A stretch of DNA of 64,000 nt. It comes from a virus. The notes beneath the pieces are model-generated. The model was not told where the DNA came from. It saw nothing but the letters and a program-made list of their open reading frames with translations, and searched no databases. The stretch covers positions 1 through 64,000 of the IMG/VR virus record IMGVR_UViG_3300047509_000177; one strand, 5' to 3'. Positions 36,200 to 45,488 of the stretch are shown here, one piece after another (position 1 is the stretch's first letter; every line of letters begins with the position of its first letter). A program made the position numbers and the translations under genes.

Positions 36200-37440
36200 T
36201 GTCAGAACCGAATGTGAGATGGTCTTGGTGGCTTTGCAAATCTTCTAATTTAGCTCAGATTGCAGATCTGACAAGTGCCCATAGTAAACATCTTCAGTTA
36301 TTTCTCAATCAACCAGGGAGTGCTACGTTTTGGCTTCATTTGGAAGATGAAAGAACTAAATATATAGAGGAACATAAGACTTGTATTGTGTGCTATAGGA
36401 ATGGAAAGGCTGTCTGGTCTGGGCCTATTTTTAAGTGTGTTGAGAACGCAGATAATACTTCTAATGCTACTTTACAAGTAACTGTTCTTGGATGGTTTGA
36501 GTTATTGAATCGTAGAATAGTTCATACTGGCAGAGAGTGGGAAGAAATGGCTGTGCGATATTCTGGCAAAACTCCCTCCTCTGAAGAAAAAGCTCTAAAG
36601 GAACAGTATGAAATAGTTTTATCAGAAAAACTATATACTCCTGCTTCCACTGAATCAGCTTTGCAATTATATTATGGAAAAACTTCGGAACCATTTGGAA
36701 TTCCTAGAAATGAAATTGCAGTTGATTTAATAAATAGAGCGAACATAGATGTACCTACTGGAATCACTATTGGCCTAAATCCAGAAGTCTCATCGCTGAA
36801 TTATACTGTGCCCCAATTTCATCCTGTAGGCGAATTAATTACTCAGCTTACTTCTATTGAAAATAGTTTTGATTTTAATATAGACCCTATTACTAGAAAG
36901 TTTAATATATATTATAACCAGATTAAAGCAAATACTACTATGTATGGGCTGGGGCAGGATCGCGGCCAAGGTGTTAGATTTACTTATCCCGGCAACTGTG
37001 TACTGGTTAATAGAGCAGCAGACGGAACGAAAACTCAGAATCGTACTGAGGCTCAGGGCCAATTTGGAGTTGGGAAAGCAGAATCGCTATCTAGTATCTC
37101 AGAAAATGGTCTTTTTGAGAAAAGTGAAAGTTTAACGGATGTAGTTAATATAGATATTTTGATAGCCTACGCAAACATACAAGTAGCCACTTTAGAACAA
37201 CCATTCAAAATTCTTACTTTCAATCCAAGGCCAGTAAATAACTCAGAATCTTATGGAGTACCTAGACCGTTTGAAGATTATGAAATAGGGGATATTTGCT
37301 ATGCTACAGTTTCTAAAGGTCCACGATTTAAAGTAGGATATCCTAATCCACAGCCTGTCAGAATCTTTGGTATGTCGGTGGACATTGGAGATGATGGCGT
37401 GGAGCGCGTTAGCCAGATTCAGACTGTATATTCCCAATGA
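36199..37440 (+). CDS. Baseplate hub / Tal-like minor tail protein
   Basis: LNQPGSATF, YRNGKAVWSGPI, DYEIGD..VRIFG motifs; position after Dit. Confidence 0.75.
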   Translation: MSEPNVRWSWWLCKSSNLAQIADLTSAHSKHLQLFLNQPGSATFWLHLEDERTKYIEEHKTCIVCYRNGKAVWSGPIFKCVENADNTSNATLQVTVLGWFELLNRRIVHTGREWEEMAVRYSGKTPSSEEKALKEQYEIVLSEKLYTPASTESALQLYYGKTSEPFGIPRNEIAVDLINRANIDVPTGITIGLNPEVSSLNYTVPQFHPVGELITQLTSIENSFDFNIDPITRKFNIYYNQIKANTTMYGLGQDRGQGVRFTYPGNCVLVNRAADGTKTQNRTEAQGQFGVGKAESLSSISENGLFEKSESLTDVVNIDILIAYANIQVATLEQPFKILTFNPRPVNNSESYGVPRPFEDYEIGDICYATVSKGPRFKVGYPNPQPVRIFGMSVDIGDDGVERVSQIQTVYSQ

Positions 37441-37700
37441 CCAAACCACTTTTGAAACCTAATTTCCCGGCCGAATATGGAGCGCTGAGAAGGAAAATAG
37501 AAACGTTAGAAAGAGCTTCTCTACAATCTTCAATTCTATTAGAAGTAAATACTACTGGATTGAGCAATGAAGAAATAGATAAGATAGTGATTGGCGGTGG
37601 AGGAGGAGAACCGCCAAATGCAAAGTTAATATCAGATCCTACAAATAAACTATTATTAGTGCGTCAGGCTGGCGTTTGGAGAAAGGTTTCGGTGACTTAA
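37437..37700 (+). CDS. Minor tail protein
   Basis: LRRKIETLER coil; synteny. Confidence 0.55.
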   Translation: MTKPLLKPNFPAEYGALRRKIETLERASLQSSILLEVNTTGLSNEEIDKIVIGGGGGEPPNAKLISDPTNKLLLVRQAGVWRKVSVT

Positions 37701-37701
37701 A

Positions 37702-38832
37702 ATGGCTGTAGGTTCTGGTTTAATATTACAAGCTTCATATACTGAAGATGTTAAGTTCCCTGCATACCAAGATAGGCTTTTAATGAAGTCTTTAGGTATT
37801 CAGGCCGGTGTTGTAGAACCAGAAGATTTCAAAGTATCTGCTGGAACTGGTTTGCAAATTAATGTAAAGAAAGGGAAGTCTTTTGTAGAACAGACAAAAG
37901 CGATAGAGGAATCTAGTAATACATTTTATAATGGATTGTATAACGTTTTAAATCCTATTGAACAAAACCCATATAATAATGTAGAAGTAAGCGCTGTAAA
38001 TCCTCAAATCGCTCAGATAATTATTCGAGTATATGACGTTGGGGAGCTGAAAATCGGCGGAGAATCTTATGCCCGGTTAGAGTGGTTAAACGGTTCTCCT
38101 AATGCTTTAGCAACAGAAGCAAAAATGAAAGAAGGCGTATATGAAGGTGCTGCGGCGTTGCCGCAGAGCAGCTTTAGAATAGCGTATGTGTTAGTTCCTA
38201 AAAATGCTACGAAATCTTCTGAATATTATATAGAAGACACTAGAAAATTATCATCTAAATCTTTTTTGCAGTGTAGAGAAGTGACAGGAAATTATACAGT
38301 TTCTAATGGAGAACTTGTTCAAGCTGAAACAGAAAATGCAACTATCACAGCTCCGAAGAATGCACCTGTAAATACTATTGTTGGAATTTTTGCGGGAGCG
38401 AATAATATAAAAATTTCAGCTTTTAATGGTATTATATGGAAAGGGGAATCATTTTCTAGTATAAAATTATCTATAAATCAATGCATCATAATGCAAGTGT
38501 TATCGTTGGGATCATGGGCTATTATTGCCGGAGAACCTAAGAGGGAAAATAAATATACTAGTACAAGTTATTCAGTCGCCGAAGCCGAAGTAGGCATAAC
38601 CCCCAGTGCTGCACGCCCTGCTACTGTAAATCTCGTAGTAACAAGCAAAACCGGAGAAAGTGGATCTGCATCAATTAGTGTTGGGGGAGAAAATGCTGGG
38701 TTTGTTCATTCGCTTTCTGCAACGAGTGAACCTGGGATTCCGTTGACGGTTTGGACCAACCCCGGCGAGAAATGGAATCTAAGTGCGGCTAGTCACATTG
38801 AACGAATTTTTGCTTACACAAAGATACTTTGA
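37702..38832 (+). CDS. Minor tail protein (upper baseplate / fibre)
   Basis: FKVSAGTGLQINVKKG..IAYVLVP..IEDTR N-domain. Confidence 0.65.
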   Translation: MAVGSGLILQASYTEDVKFPAYQDRLLMKSLGIQAGVVEPEDFKVSAGTGLQINVKKGKSFVEQTKAIEESSNTFYNGLYNVLNPIEQNPYNNVEVSAVNPQIAQIIIRVYDVGELKIGGESYARLEWLNGSPNALATEAKMKEGVYEGAAALPQSSFRIAYVLVPKNATKSSEYYIEDTRKLSSKSFLQCREVTGNYTVSNGELVQAETENATITAPKNAPVNTIVGIFAGANNIKISAFNGIIWKGESFSSIKLSINQCIIMQVLSLGSWAIIAGEPKRENKYTSTSYSVAEAEVGITPSAARPATVNLVVTSKTGESGSASISVGGENAGFVHSLSATSEPGIPLTVWTNPGEKWNLSAASHIERIFAYTKIL

Positions 38833-38843
38833 GGCGCGCCGGC

Positions 38844-39182
38844 CTAACTTATTATTACTTGATTATGAACAAGCCGCGCAGTAGCAATATAAGTGAGGTT
38901 TCCAATAATGGCTTTGCTGTTATCATAGATTAGTGTGTGCGCTCCAATCTCTGCAACGTGGCAGACGATGGTAACTAATGAGTGTCGGTAACATAATGTC
39001 AGTACGACTGATATTGGTTCATCTAGTTCTGCATTAGCACGGATATCCGTCTTGGCTCGGGCCATCGCCAAGCCAACTACTGGCTTATGTTGAAGCTGTC
39101 TTTTGCGAATAGTTCGAGAATGAGCCGATGCTGGCACAGCAAATACAAGTGATACAAATATAGACAGCATTATCCTCTTCAT
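38844..39182 (-). CDS. Secreted protein, antisense to the tail operon
   Basis: Signal peptide MKRIMLSIFVSLVFAVPASA; two Cys; SD AAGGA. Confidence 0.65.
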   Translation of the reverse strand: MKRIMLSIFVSLVFAVPASAHSRTIRKRQLQHKPVVGLAMARAKTDIRANAELDEPISVVLTLCYRHSLVTIVCHVAEIGAHTLIYDNSKAIIGNLTYIATARLVHNQVIIS

Positions 39183-39478
39183 TATATATCCTTAATTAAG
39201 TAAGATTTATTGAGAGTATATAAGCTATAAAACAACTAAGTATTATAGCAAATATAGAAAATATTATGTATATAGTAGTATAGTTCATAGCTTTCAGCGC
39301 AAAACGCGCCGAGAAGAAGATATTATCATAAAGCTCTTAGTTGCGTCAAGCTTCTTCCTATGCTAGACTTCATATGCTCCAGATGGAGTCCGAGTTCTCC
39401 CTTTCCCTCGCTCTGTCTGAGGCTCTTTTACTGCTACGCTATGTCTAGCGGTAGAAGTTGCACATAAAGGGTTTCTAA

Positions 39479-40471
39479 ATGAGTAGTTCTGGCGCGAAAC
39501 AAACGGGCGGGGAACCTGGTGAAAAGGGAGAAAAGGGTTCTTCTATTATTACAGAAGAAGGTATCCCTAAAGAAAGTACAGGGAACATAGGAGATTGGTA
39601 TATTGATAAATCTACTATGCATATGTATGGTCCTAAGTCTAAAACTGGTTGGACTTTTTATGGAAGCATAGTTGGCCCTAAAGGAGAACGGGGAGAAATT
39701 GGACCTACTGGTCTTGTAGGCTCTCAGGGGGAAAAAGGTGCTGCTGGTTCTGAAGGTCCTCGTGGCCTTGTTGGAGAAAAAGGCGTAAAAGGAGATACCG
39801 GCGCGACTGGCGCGCAAGGCGCTCAGGGCCTGCAAGGAATTCAAGGAGCTAAAGGAGAAGTTGGTTCCCAAGGAGAACGTGGGCTAGCTGGAGAAAAAGG
39901 CTCTACGGGGCTGACAGGGACTACAGGGACTACAGGTGCGAAAGGGGAAGCAGGTTCGGTTGGTGCTACGGGACCAGCGGGGGAAAAAGGAGCTGTTGGT
40001 TCGCAGGGGACTCAGGGAATTGAAGGGCCGAAAGGAGCAACGGGAACTACAGGTCTAACAGGATCGGAAGGTCCTAAAGGTTCTACAGGCTCTACGGGAG
40101 CGGAAGGGCTGAAAGGATCAACAGGCAATACAGGTTCAGCAGCTACTTTGGGAGAATGGAAATCTCTTTCTTTAGAAACTGGTATTACAAATAAAGGCGA
40201 ACCTTATAGCAATGCCGAATGTTCAAAAGATTCTTTGGGAATTGTATACCTTCGCGGTGTTGTAAAAAGTTCTGGGTTATTGTCAAAAGAAGCTACTTTA
40301 GCAACTTTGCCAGAAGGATATAGACCAGCTAAGCAACAATCTATTACATCTAATTTGGGTGGAACTTTAGGGAATTTATTTATACTCACAAATGGGAAAA
40401 TTCAAATAAGTTTGGGAGTAAGCTTAGAAACACCTTTTTATTTTGATGGTGTGGTGTTTCCGCTAGTTTGA
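39479..40471 (+). CDS. Collagen-like fibre protein
   Basis: Long G-X-Y tract; C-terminal IVYLRG...TLPEGYRP head domain. Confidence 0.85.
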   Translation: MSSSGAKQTGGEPGEKGEKGSSIITEEGIPKESTGNIGDWYIDKSTMHMYGPKSKTGWTFYGSIVGPKGERGEIGPTGLVGSQGEKGAAGSEGPRGLVGEKGVKGDTGATGAQGAQGLQGIQGAKGEVGSQGERGLAGEKGSTGLTGTTGTTGAKGEAGSVGATGPAGEKGAVGSQGTQGIEGPKGATGTTGLTGSEGPKGSTGSTGAEGLKGSTGNTGSAATLGEWKSLSLETGITNKGEPYSNAECSKDSLGIVYLRGVVKSSGLLSKEATLATLPEGYRPAKQQSITSNLGGTLGNLFILTNGKIQISLGVSLETPFYFDGVVFPLV

Positions 40472-40669
40472 AATTACACAATGGACTTGACATTAGCGTG
40501 GTTCTCGATTTTCTAGTAAAATCTTCCTTAGAAGGCTAAAGGCCAGTAAAATGTACGCAGAGCAAGCCGAGCGGGTGCTCCTGGACAAAAGGACGGCTGC
40601 TAATGGGGTTATCGAATGGTATTTGCTCAGATGTTTTTCTGGATCTCTCCGCACGAGGCTTAGCGCCCG

Positions 40670-40978
40670 ATGGAGAGAGCCACATCAGCTTGGAATGATG
40701 CCAGGCTTGATGACCTTGCGCGGGAAGTAGATCGCTTGCGACCTCTAGCTGTTGAGTTCGAGCGCTTATCAGGGAATATTCATGGGCTTAAATCTGAATT
40801 AGGTTCGACGCGGTATGAGATGGAAGGTCTTAGAAAAGATATTAGATCTTTTATTGGTAATCCCATTGCGGAAAAGAGACAGAGAAATTCAGCATTATAT
40901 GTAAGTTTAGTGGCGGCTATTGGCGGTGGCGCTTTTGTCTATGTTCTTTCGCTGCTTACAGGAGCGCCGGTACATTGA
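40670..40978 (+). CDS. Coiled-coil protein with C-terminal TM (holin-like candidate)
   Basis: Coil followed by one hydrophobic segment. Confidence 0.5.
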   Translation: MERATSAWNDARLDDLAREVDRLRPLAVEFERLSGNIHGLKSELGSTRYEMEGLRKDIRSFIGNPIAEKRQRNSALYVSLVAAIGGGAFVYVLSLLTGAPVH

Positions 40979-41790
40979 TACGAACAGTCCTTACAAATTC
41001 TTCTGCTACTGCTTACGCTTTAACTAAATCTGGTTTGGCGATCGGGGCGGCATTTTTGGGCGGTGTAGTAGTATCTATTGCTATAGGATGGTCAGCTTTA
41101 AATAACACTCATTCTCTTAATAGCGAAAATAGGCGGTTGGTTTCTAGGTTAGAAAATGTAGTAATGTATCAAAAAACTCAGATTAGTGAAGCTAGAGAAG
41201 CAAATTGTAAGCTAAAGTTATATGATGTTTTGAGTGGGAGAGCAGGAACAATATTATTTAAAAAGGCTAAGGTTATTAACAAGACTTTTGAAGAGGGAAT
41301 TAATCATACTTTGGAAGTTGTGGAATCTATTCCGGCAAAGAAAAATTGTACAGCAATTTTTATTGAATCAAAAGGAAAAAAGAAAAAGCAAATAGGTGGT
41401 TTAACTCCTTCTGATATTAAAAATGCTAATATAGTATTGGGAGAAATTTTAGAAGAACCGCGAGCGCAGAGACATAACGAAAGTAAAGCTCAGAAAAAAT
41501 TCGAACATAAGAAATTTACAAATCATAATGCTTTTCGACTTCATAGAGGAGCGCATAAGAAAAAAGTTCCTTCTGTGATTACTTCTCCGCCTGCTCCAAT
41601 TGTTATTTCTGCGCCTACTCAAACTGCTTCATCGCCAGTTACTGCCGAAAGTAGTAAGCACGAAAAGCGTGAAGAAAAGAAGGAAGAACGCGAAAATATA
41701 AAGCAAGAAAAGAAAAACGAAAAGTGTGCCGCAGAAGTAAGTGTGGGGAATAGAATTGGCTTAGAACAAGAATTGAAAATATGCTATTGA
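40975..41790 (+). CDS. Membrane-anchored protein
   Basis: N-terminal TM, Pro/Ser linker, charged tail. Confidence 0.5.
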   Translation: MIRTVLTNSSATAYALTKSGLAIGAAFLGGVVVSIAIGWSALNNTHSLNSENRRLVSRLENVVMYQKTQISEAREANCKLKLYDVLSGRAGTILFKKAKVINKTFEEGINHTLEVVESIPAKKNCTAIFIESKGKKKKQIGGLTPSDIKNANIVLGEILEEPRAQRHNESKAQKKFEHKKFTNHNAFRLHRGAHKKKVPSVITSPPAPIVISAPTQTASSPVTAESSKHEKREEKKEERENIKQEKKNEKCAAEVSVGNRIGLEQELKICY

Positions 41791-41817
41791 GCGTTTTCAA
41801 TAGAATGTAGTGAGATA

Positions 41818-42357
41818 ATGGCTAAATCTACATGGACGCTTGAATCGCTTAAGGAGATGCATGATCATGATTTAGCCGCAAAAGAGAAATTATTCCTAGC
41901 TGAAATTCATAGATTAGATGAGGGAGTAAAAGCGGCTCAGGTAGCGCTTGAATTATTAGCTGATGAGCGTCGTAGAGCACAAGATAAGTTTGAAGATACA
42001 GTTACGGCTAGATTTGTGCAAATTAATGAGTTTCGCGGCGCTCTCGATGATCTTGGAAAAGATATGGCTACACGGCGTGAACTCGAAGCGTCAATGGAAG
42101 CTGTAAGAACTGAGCGTGCATCTTTGGTCACAGCAAATGATGCTAGATTGTCTGAACATAGCAAACAAATAATTGATTTAAGAAGTAGGCTAGATGTTGG
42201 CCCTATAGAGCTACGAACTTTACAAGATAGATCTAACCAATCTATCGGTGCAGAAAGAAAGGAGAGGAACGTAGGTCTGGATATTAGATCCAATATCGGA
42301 TTGATTATAGCTTTATTGACTTTAGCATATTTAGTAGCTAGCGGTCACTTGCATTAA
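41818..42357 (+). CDS. Coiled-coil protein with C-terminal TM
   Basis: WTLESLKE, NEFRGALDD..MATRRE, C-terminal TM. Confidence 0.55.
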   Translation: MAKSTWTLESLKEMHDHDLAAKEKLFLAEIHRLDEGVKAAQVALELLADERRRAQDKFEDTVTARFVQINEFRGALDDLGKDMATRRELEASMEAVRTERASLVTANDARLSEHSKQIIDLRSRLDVGPIELRTLQDRSNQSIGAERKERNVGLDIRSNIGLIIALLTLAYLVASGHLH

Positions 42358-42388
42358 GGCGTCGAGCGGTAGCAGGCTGTGGGCCAAC

Positions 42389-42418
42389 TTGACAGAATGT
42401 AGTTTTGTGTGGTATGAT
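42389..42418 (+). promoter_or_regulatory. Sigma70/SigA-type promoter, probably leaderless
   Basis: TTGACA-18-TATGAT with TG extension; GTG start 6 nt downstream. Confidence 0.7.
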
Positions 42419-42424
42419 ATCTAA

Positions 42425-43858
42425 GTGGAGTCTATAAATATAATTATTGATAGTTCGATAAGATTTAATCCACAAGATCTTCCAAAGCAAGTTTTAGACG
42501 AGATCTTTAATCAATTAAGAGTTCCTAATCCGCAGAAGTCAATTGCGGAACGAGAGATGTTATGGAATGCTGATGATATTCCTGAGTATCTTGAGATATG
42601 GAAGTATAATGGGCATAATGAATTGATATTACCTAGAGGATTTTTATTTGATCTAGATGAAATATTTAAAAATGAAGATATAAAATACAACAATATAGAT
42701 AAAACTTTATCTAATAATACGAATTATGAAGTTTCTCAAATTGATTTGAGAGATTATCAATGGAAGGCTTTCCACCAATTGATGATGTATGGGTGTGGTA
42801 TTTACAAGGCTCCAACCGGAGCAGGTAAGTCTCATGTGATGTTGGAGGTTATAAGACAAGCTAAACAAAAATCCTTGATTATATGTGAAAAGAGAGATAT
42901 AGCTCAGCAATGGTATAGAACTGCTAATATGTTGGGGTTTAATTCAAGTCTTGCTAGTGGGCATCACTTTAATGATAACTGTGATTTAGTTATAGTTCTT
43001 AGACAAACACTTTGGCATAAAGAATTAGATCAAGAATGGTATAACCAATGGGGACTAATTGTGTGGGATGAGATGCATCATCTCCAGAGCGCGGAGACGG
43101 CTTTCGAGCTGATCCAGCGATTCCCTGCATATTATCGTTATGGCTGCTCAGCGACGCCAGATAGCGATCGTGAGTTATTTCCAATTGCTCGGGCGGTAAT
43201 CGGCCCGGTGGTCCATGAGACTAAATTAGAGGAAATAGGAGACCATTTAGTAATTCCCTCCGTGAAAGTGGTGAAGACGGATTTTGAGTTTCCCTACCGG
43301 CCGACTGTGCGTGCCGGTAGGAAGGTAGTTCGTAATAACTACAATGATATGATGCAAGCCTTGGAAGAAGATAAAAATCGTAATATAGAAATAATGTCTA
43401 AAGCTCATGTATCGGCTCAGGCACAAAGATCGTGTTTAGTAGTTTCTAAAAGAAAGAAACATTTAAATAATTTATATAATATTTGGAAAAGCGTAATGGA
43501 GCATGCTGCGCCACCTAACTATGGAATCTATTTTCTTACTGGAGATAATTCAAAAGAATTTAATAAAATAAAAGAAGAAATAGAGAATAGTTATGGTTGT
43601 ATTGTATTTTCTACTTTAGCTGACGAGGGTACTGATATTCCTAGATTAGATAGAATATTCCTAGCTTATCCTGGAAGAAAGCTAAGAGGGTTTGAGCAAA
43701 CTATTGGCCGCATCATGAGACCGCATCCAAAGAAGAAGGATGCTATAGTATACGACTTTAGAGATTACAAAGTACCAATCTTAAATAGTCAATATAGATT
43801 TAGAGCCCAAAACATATACAATAAAAAGGGATATAAAGTAGAAACTATAAATGGCTAA
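42425..43858 (+). CDS. Superfamily II DExH helicase
   Basis: LRDYQ, APTGAGKS, DEMH, SATP, EGTDIP, QTIGRIMR. Confidence 0.92.
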   Translation: MESINIIIDSSIRFNPQDLPKQVLDEIFNQLRVPNPQKSIAEREMLWNADDIPEYLEIWKYNGHNELILPRGFLFDLDEIFKNEDIKYNNIDKTLSNNTNYEVSQIDLRDYQWKAFHQLMMYGCGIYKAPTGAGKSHVMLEVIRQAKQKSLIICEKRDIAQQWYRTANMLGFNSSLASGHHFNDNCDLVIVLRQTLWHKELDQEWYNQWGLIVWDEMHHLQSAETAFELIQRFPAYYRYGCSATPDSDRELFPIARAVIGPVVHETKLEEIGDHLVIPSVKVVKTDFEFPYRPTVRAGRKVVRNNYNDMMQALEEDKNRNIEIMSKAHVSAQAQRSCLVVSKRKKHLNNLYNIWKSVMEHAAPPNYGIYFLTGDNSKEFNKIKEEIENSYGCIVFSTLADEGTDIPRLDRIFLAYPGRKLRGFEQTIGRIMRPHPKKKDAIVYDFRDYKVPILNSQYRFRAQNIYNKKGYKVETING

Positions 43859-44120
43859 AAAGGGAAAGCATTCAGGATATACAGAGCTAGGAGCAATCCA
43901 ATTTAGAAGACTTAGGAAAGGAGATATTGAGTGGTGTTCTAACGAACATTATATTCCTAAGCATAAAGATAAGAGAAGTCCTAATGCAGGATCAGGATCA
44001 AGAAAAAATGCTACTCATACAGTATTTATATTAGGACTACATTCTGCTTATGTATGCGCTAAGTGTAGAAAAGAATGGATAGATACTTGGAAAAAATATT
44101 CACCAATAGAGTATGCATAG
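43851..44120 (+). CDS. Small zinc-finger-like protein
   Basis: CSNEH and CAKC motifs. Confidence 0.5.
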   Translation: MAKKGKHSGYTELGAIQFRRLRKGDIEWCSNEHYIPKHKDKRSPNAGSGSRKNATHTVFILGLHSAYVCAKCRKEWIDTWKKYSPIEYA

Positions 44121-44216
44121 TGCGCCTGGGGAGAATTGAACTCCCGACCTCCTGTTTGAAAGACAGGCGCTCTTTGAGACCCCGAAGGTTCTCGTTTACC
44201 ACTGAGCTACAGGCGC
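44121..44216 (-). tRNA. tRNA-Glu(UUC) with an extra hairpin in the D-loop
   Basis: Acceptor GCGCCTG/CAGGCGC, D-stem GCTC/GAGC, anticodon arm CCTGT-CTTTCAA-ACAGG, T-arm GGGAG-TTCAATT-CTCCC; 96 nt; CCA not encoded. Confidence 0.8.
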
Positions 44217-44222
44217 ATGAAG

Positions 44223-44305
44223 TGCGGGAGACAGGATTCGAACCTGCAAGCCCTTTCGGACAGACCCTCTTAAGGGGTCCGCGTCGCCAATTGCGCCACT
44301 CCCGC
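44223..44305 (-). tRNA. tRNA-Leu(UAA)
   Basis: Acceptor GCGGGAG/CTCCCGC, anticodon arm GACCC-CTTAAGA-GGGTC, long variable arm, TTCGAAT T-loop, discriminator A. Confidence 0.92.
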
Positions 44306-44364
44306 AAGAAATCGGCCGAGAAGAATATCATAATAGATTCTCCCCGGCCGAGTAAATCTACTTA

Positions 44365-44715
44365 TTAACCGCTATAGCCATCATCCTTGTTACCAGAAAT
44401 GACGCCAGTACCAGCCAGCTTAGACAGCTTACGAGCCACGTTACGAGCATCGACACCAAGAGCCTTGGCGATGTCCGTGGTCTTCACGGCGGCAGAACCT
44501 GGCGCAGAGGTAAGCTTACCAACAGTCTCTATAACCTGCTCATCAGTAACAACAGAAGTTGACACTCCCTTGCCGCTTTTCTTGAGCTTCTTGAGAAGTG
44601 CGGCAAGTTCATCGCGCTCATCAACTAGGCCAGCAACCTTCGACTTGATCTCATCTTCAACCTTCTGAAGCTTGCCCTCAATTTCTTGGGCTAGCTTATC
44701 TGCAACTGCGCTCAC
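44365..44715 (-). CDS. Coiled-coil + winged-helix DNA-binding protein
   Basis: TTDIAKALGVDARNVARKLSKL..TGVI wHTH; SD AGAGGAG. Confidence 0.75.
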   Translation of the reverse strand: MSAVADKLAQEIEGKLQKVEDEIKSKVAGLVDERDELAALLKKLKKSGKGVSTSVVTDEQVIETVGKLTSAPGSAAVKTTDIAKALGVDARNVARKLSKLAGTGVISGNKDDGYSG

Positions 44716-44760
44716 GATATTCTCCTCTGATTAGATTTGGGGTATAAAGAACGTAAGAAC

Positions 44761-44790
44761 ACAATAGCATACATAGAAAGTGAATGTCAA
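44761..44790 (-). promoter_or_regulatory. Promoter for the wHTH-tRNA operon
   Basis: TTGACA-18-TATTGT with TG extension on the minus strand. Confidence 0.65.
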
Positions 44791-44924
44791 GGACTTTCTG
44801 AAAGAAGTTCTAGATTCTAGTTCTTAGGGGGCGTTTTTGGCTTGGATGCTAGAATATACGGCGGTTTGTGTGGACTGAAACAAACAATTTAGAATATGAA
44901 TCTAAAAGGAGATTATAAAAAAGA

Positions 44925-45143
44925 ATGTCTTTAGTAGTGGATAATAGAAATAGATTACATGCTGTTGAGCAATTGAAAAAGGGACTTAAGAATAAGGATA
45001 ACCTAGATGAGGGCGTTGAGGAGCTGAGGATGCTTGCAGCAATAGCCAACTCTTTAATATATGTAGGGGATACTTTGAAAGAATTAAATGATAATATGAA
45101 AGAAGAAGATTGGTCTAATTCAGATAATAGAATAGGAGCCTAA
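44925..45143 (+). CDS. Hypothetical protein
   Basis: 72-aa ORF with SD AGGAG. Confidence 0.55.
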   Translation: MSLVVDNRNRLHAVEQLKKGLKNKDNLDEGVEELRMLAAIANSLIYVGDTLKELNDNMKEEDWSNSDNRIGA

Positions 45144-45487
45144 TGGCTGCGGAGACTCCCCAATTAAAATTAGCAAGAGAAGAGGGAGAGAAGAACTTAG
45201 TAGAACAAGATATTCCTCTAGATCCTAATGGAAGACCATTCATTAGAATATCTTGTTCGGCAGCAGAGTTGATTCCTACAGTCCAATATGGAAATGTTAC
45301 GGTGGGACCTACAAGTGTTGTTGTATGGGTTCCATTTGGTTTTAAAGGTTTTAATGATGAAGAAACAAATAGTATAAAGATTGCTATTAGAGCTACTCAA
45401 ACTCTTTGTGAGGAAGCTATAGCAGAAGATCGTCAGTCAGTTCATGCTTTAACACGCCAATCTACAGAAGGAAGATACCAAGATTAA
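45143..45487 (+). CDS. Hypothetical protein
   Basis: 114-aa coupled ORF; ELIPTVQYGNVTVG. Confidence 0.6.
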   Translation: MAAETPQLKLAREEGEKNLVEQDIPLDPNGRPFIRISCSAAELIPTVQYGNVTVGPTSVVVWVPFGFKGFNDEETNSIKIAIRATQTLCEEAIAEDRQSVHALTRQSTEGRYQD

Positions 45488-45488
45488 T

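Noticed and set aside
44151-44167. Reading the first tRNA as a UCA (opal/Sec) suppressor
   Set aside because: The 5-bp stem CCTGT/ACAGG fixes a 7-nt loop CT-TTC-AA, so the anticodon is UUC
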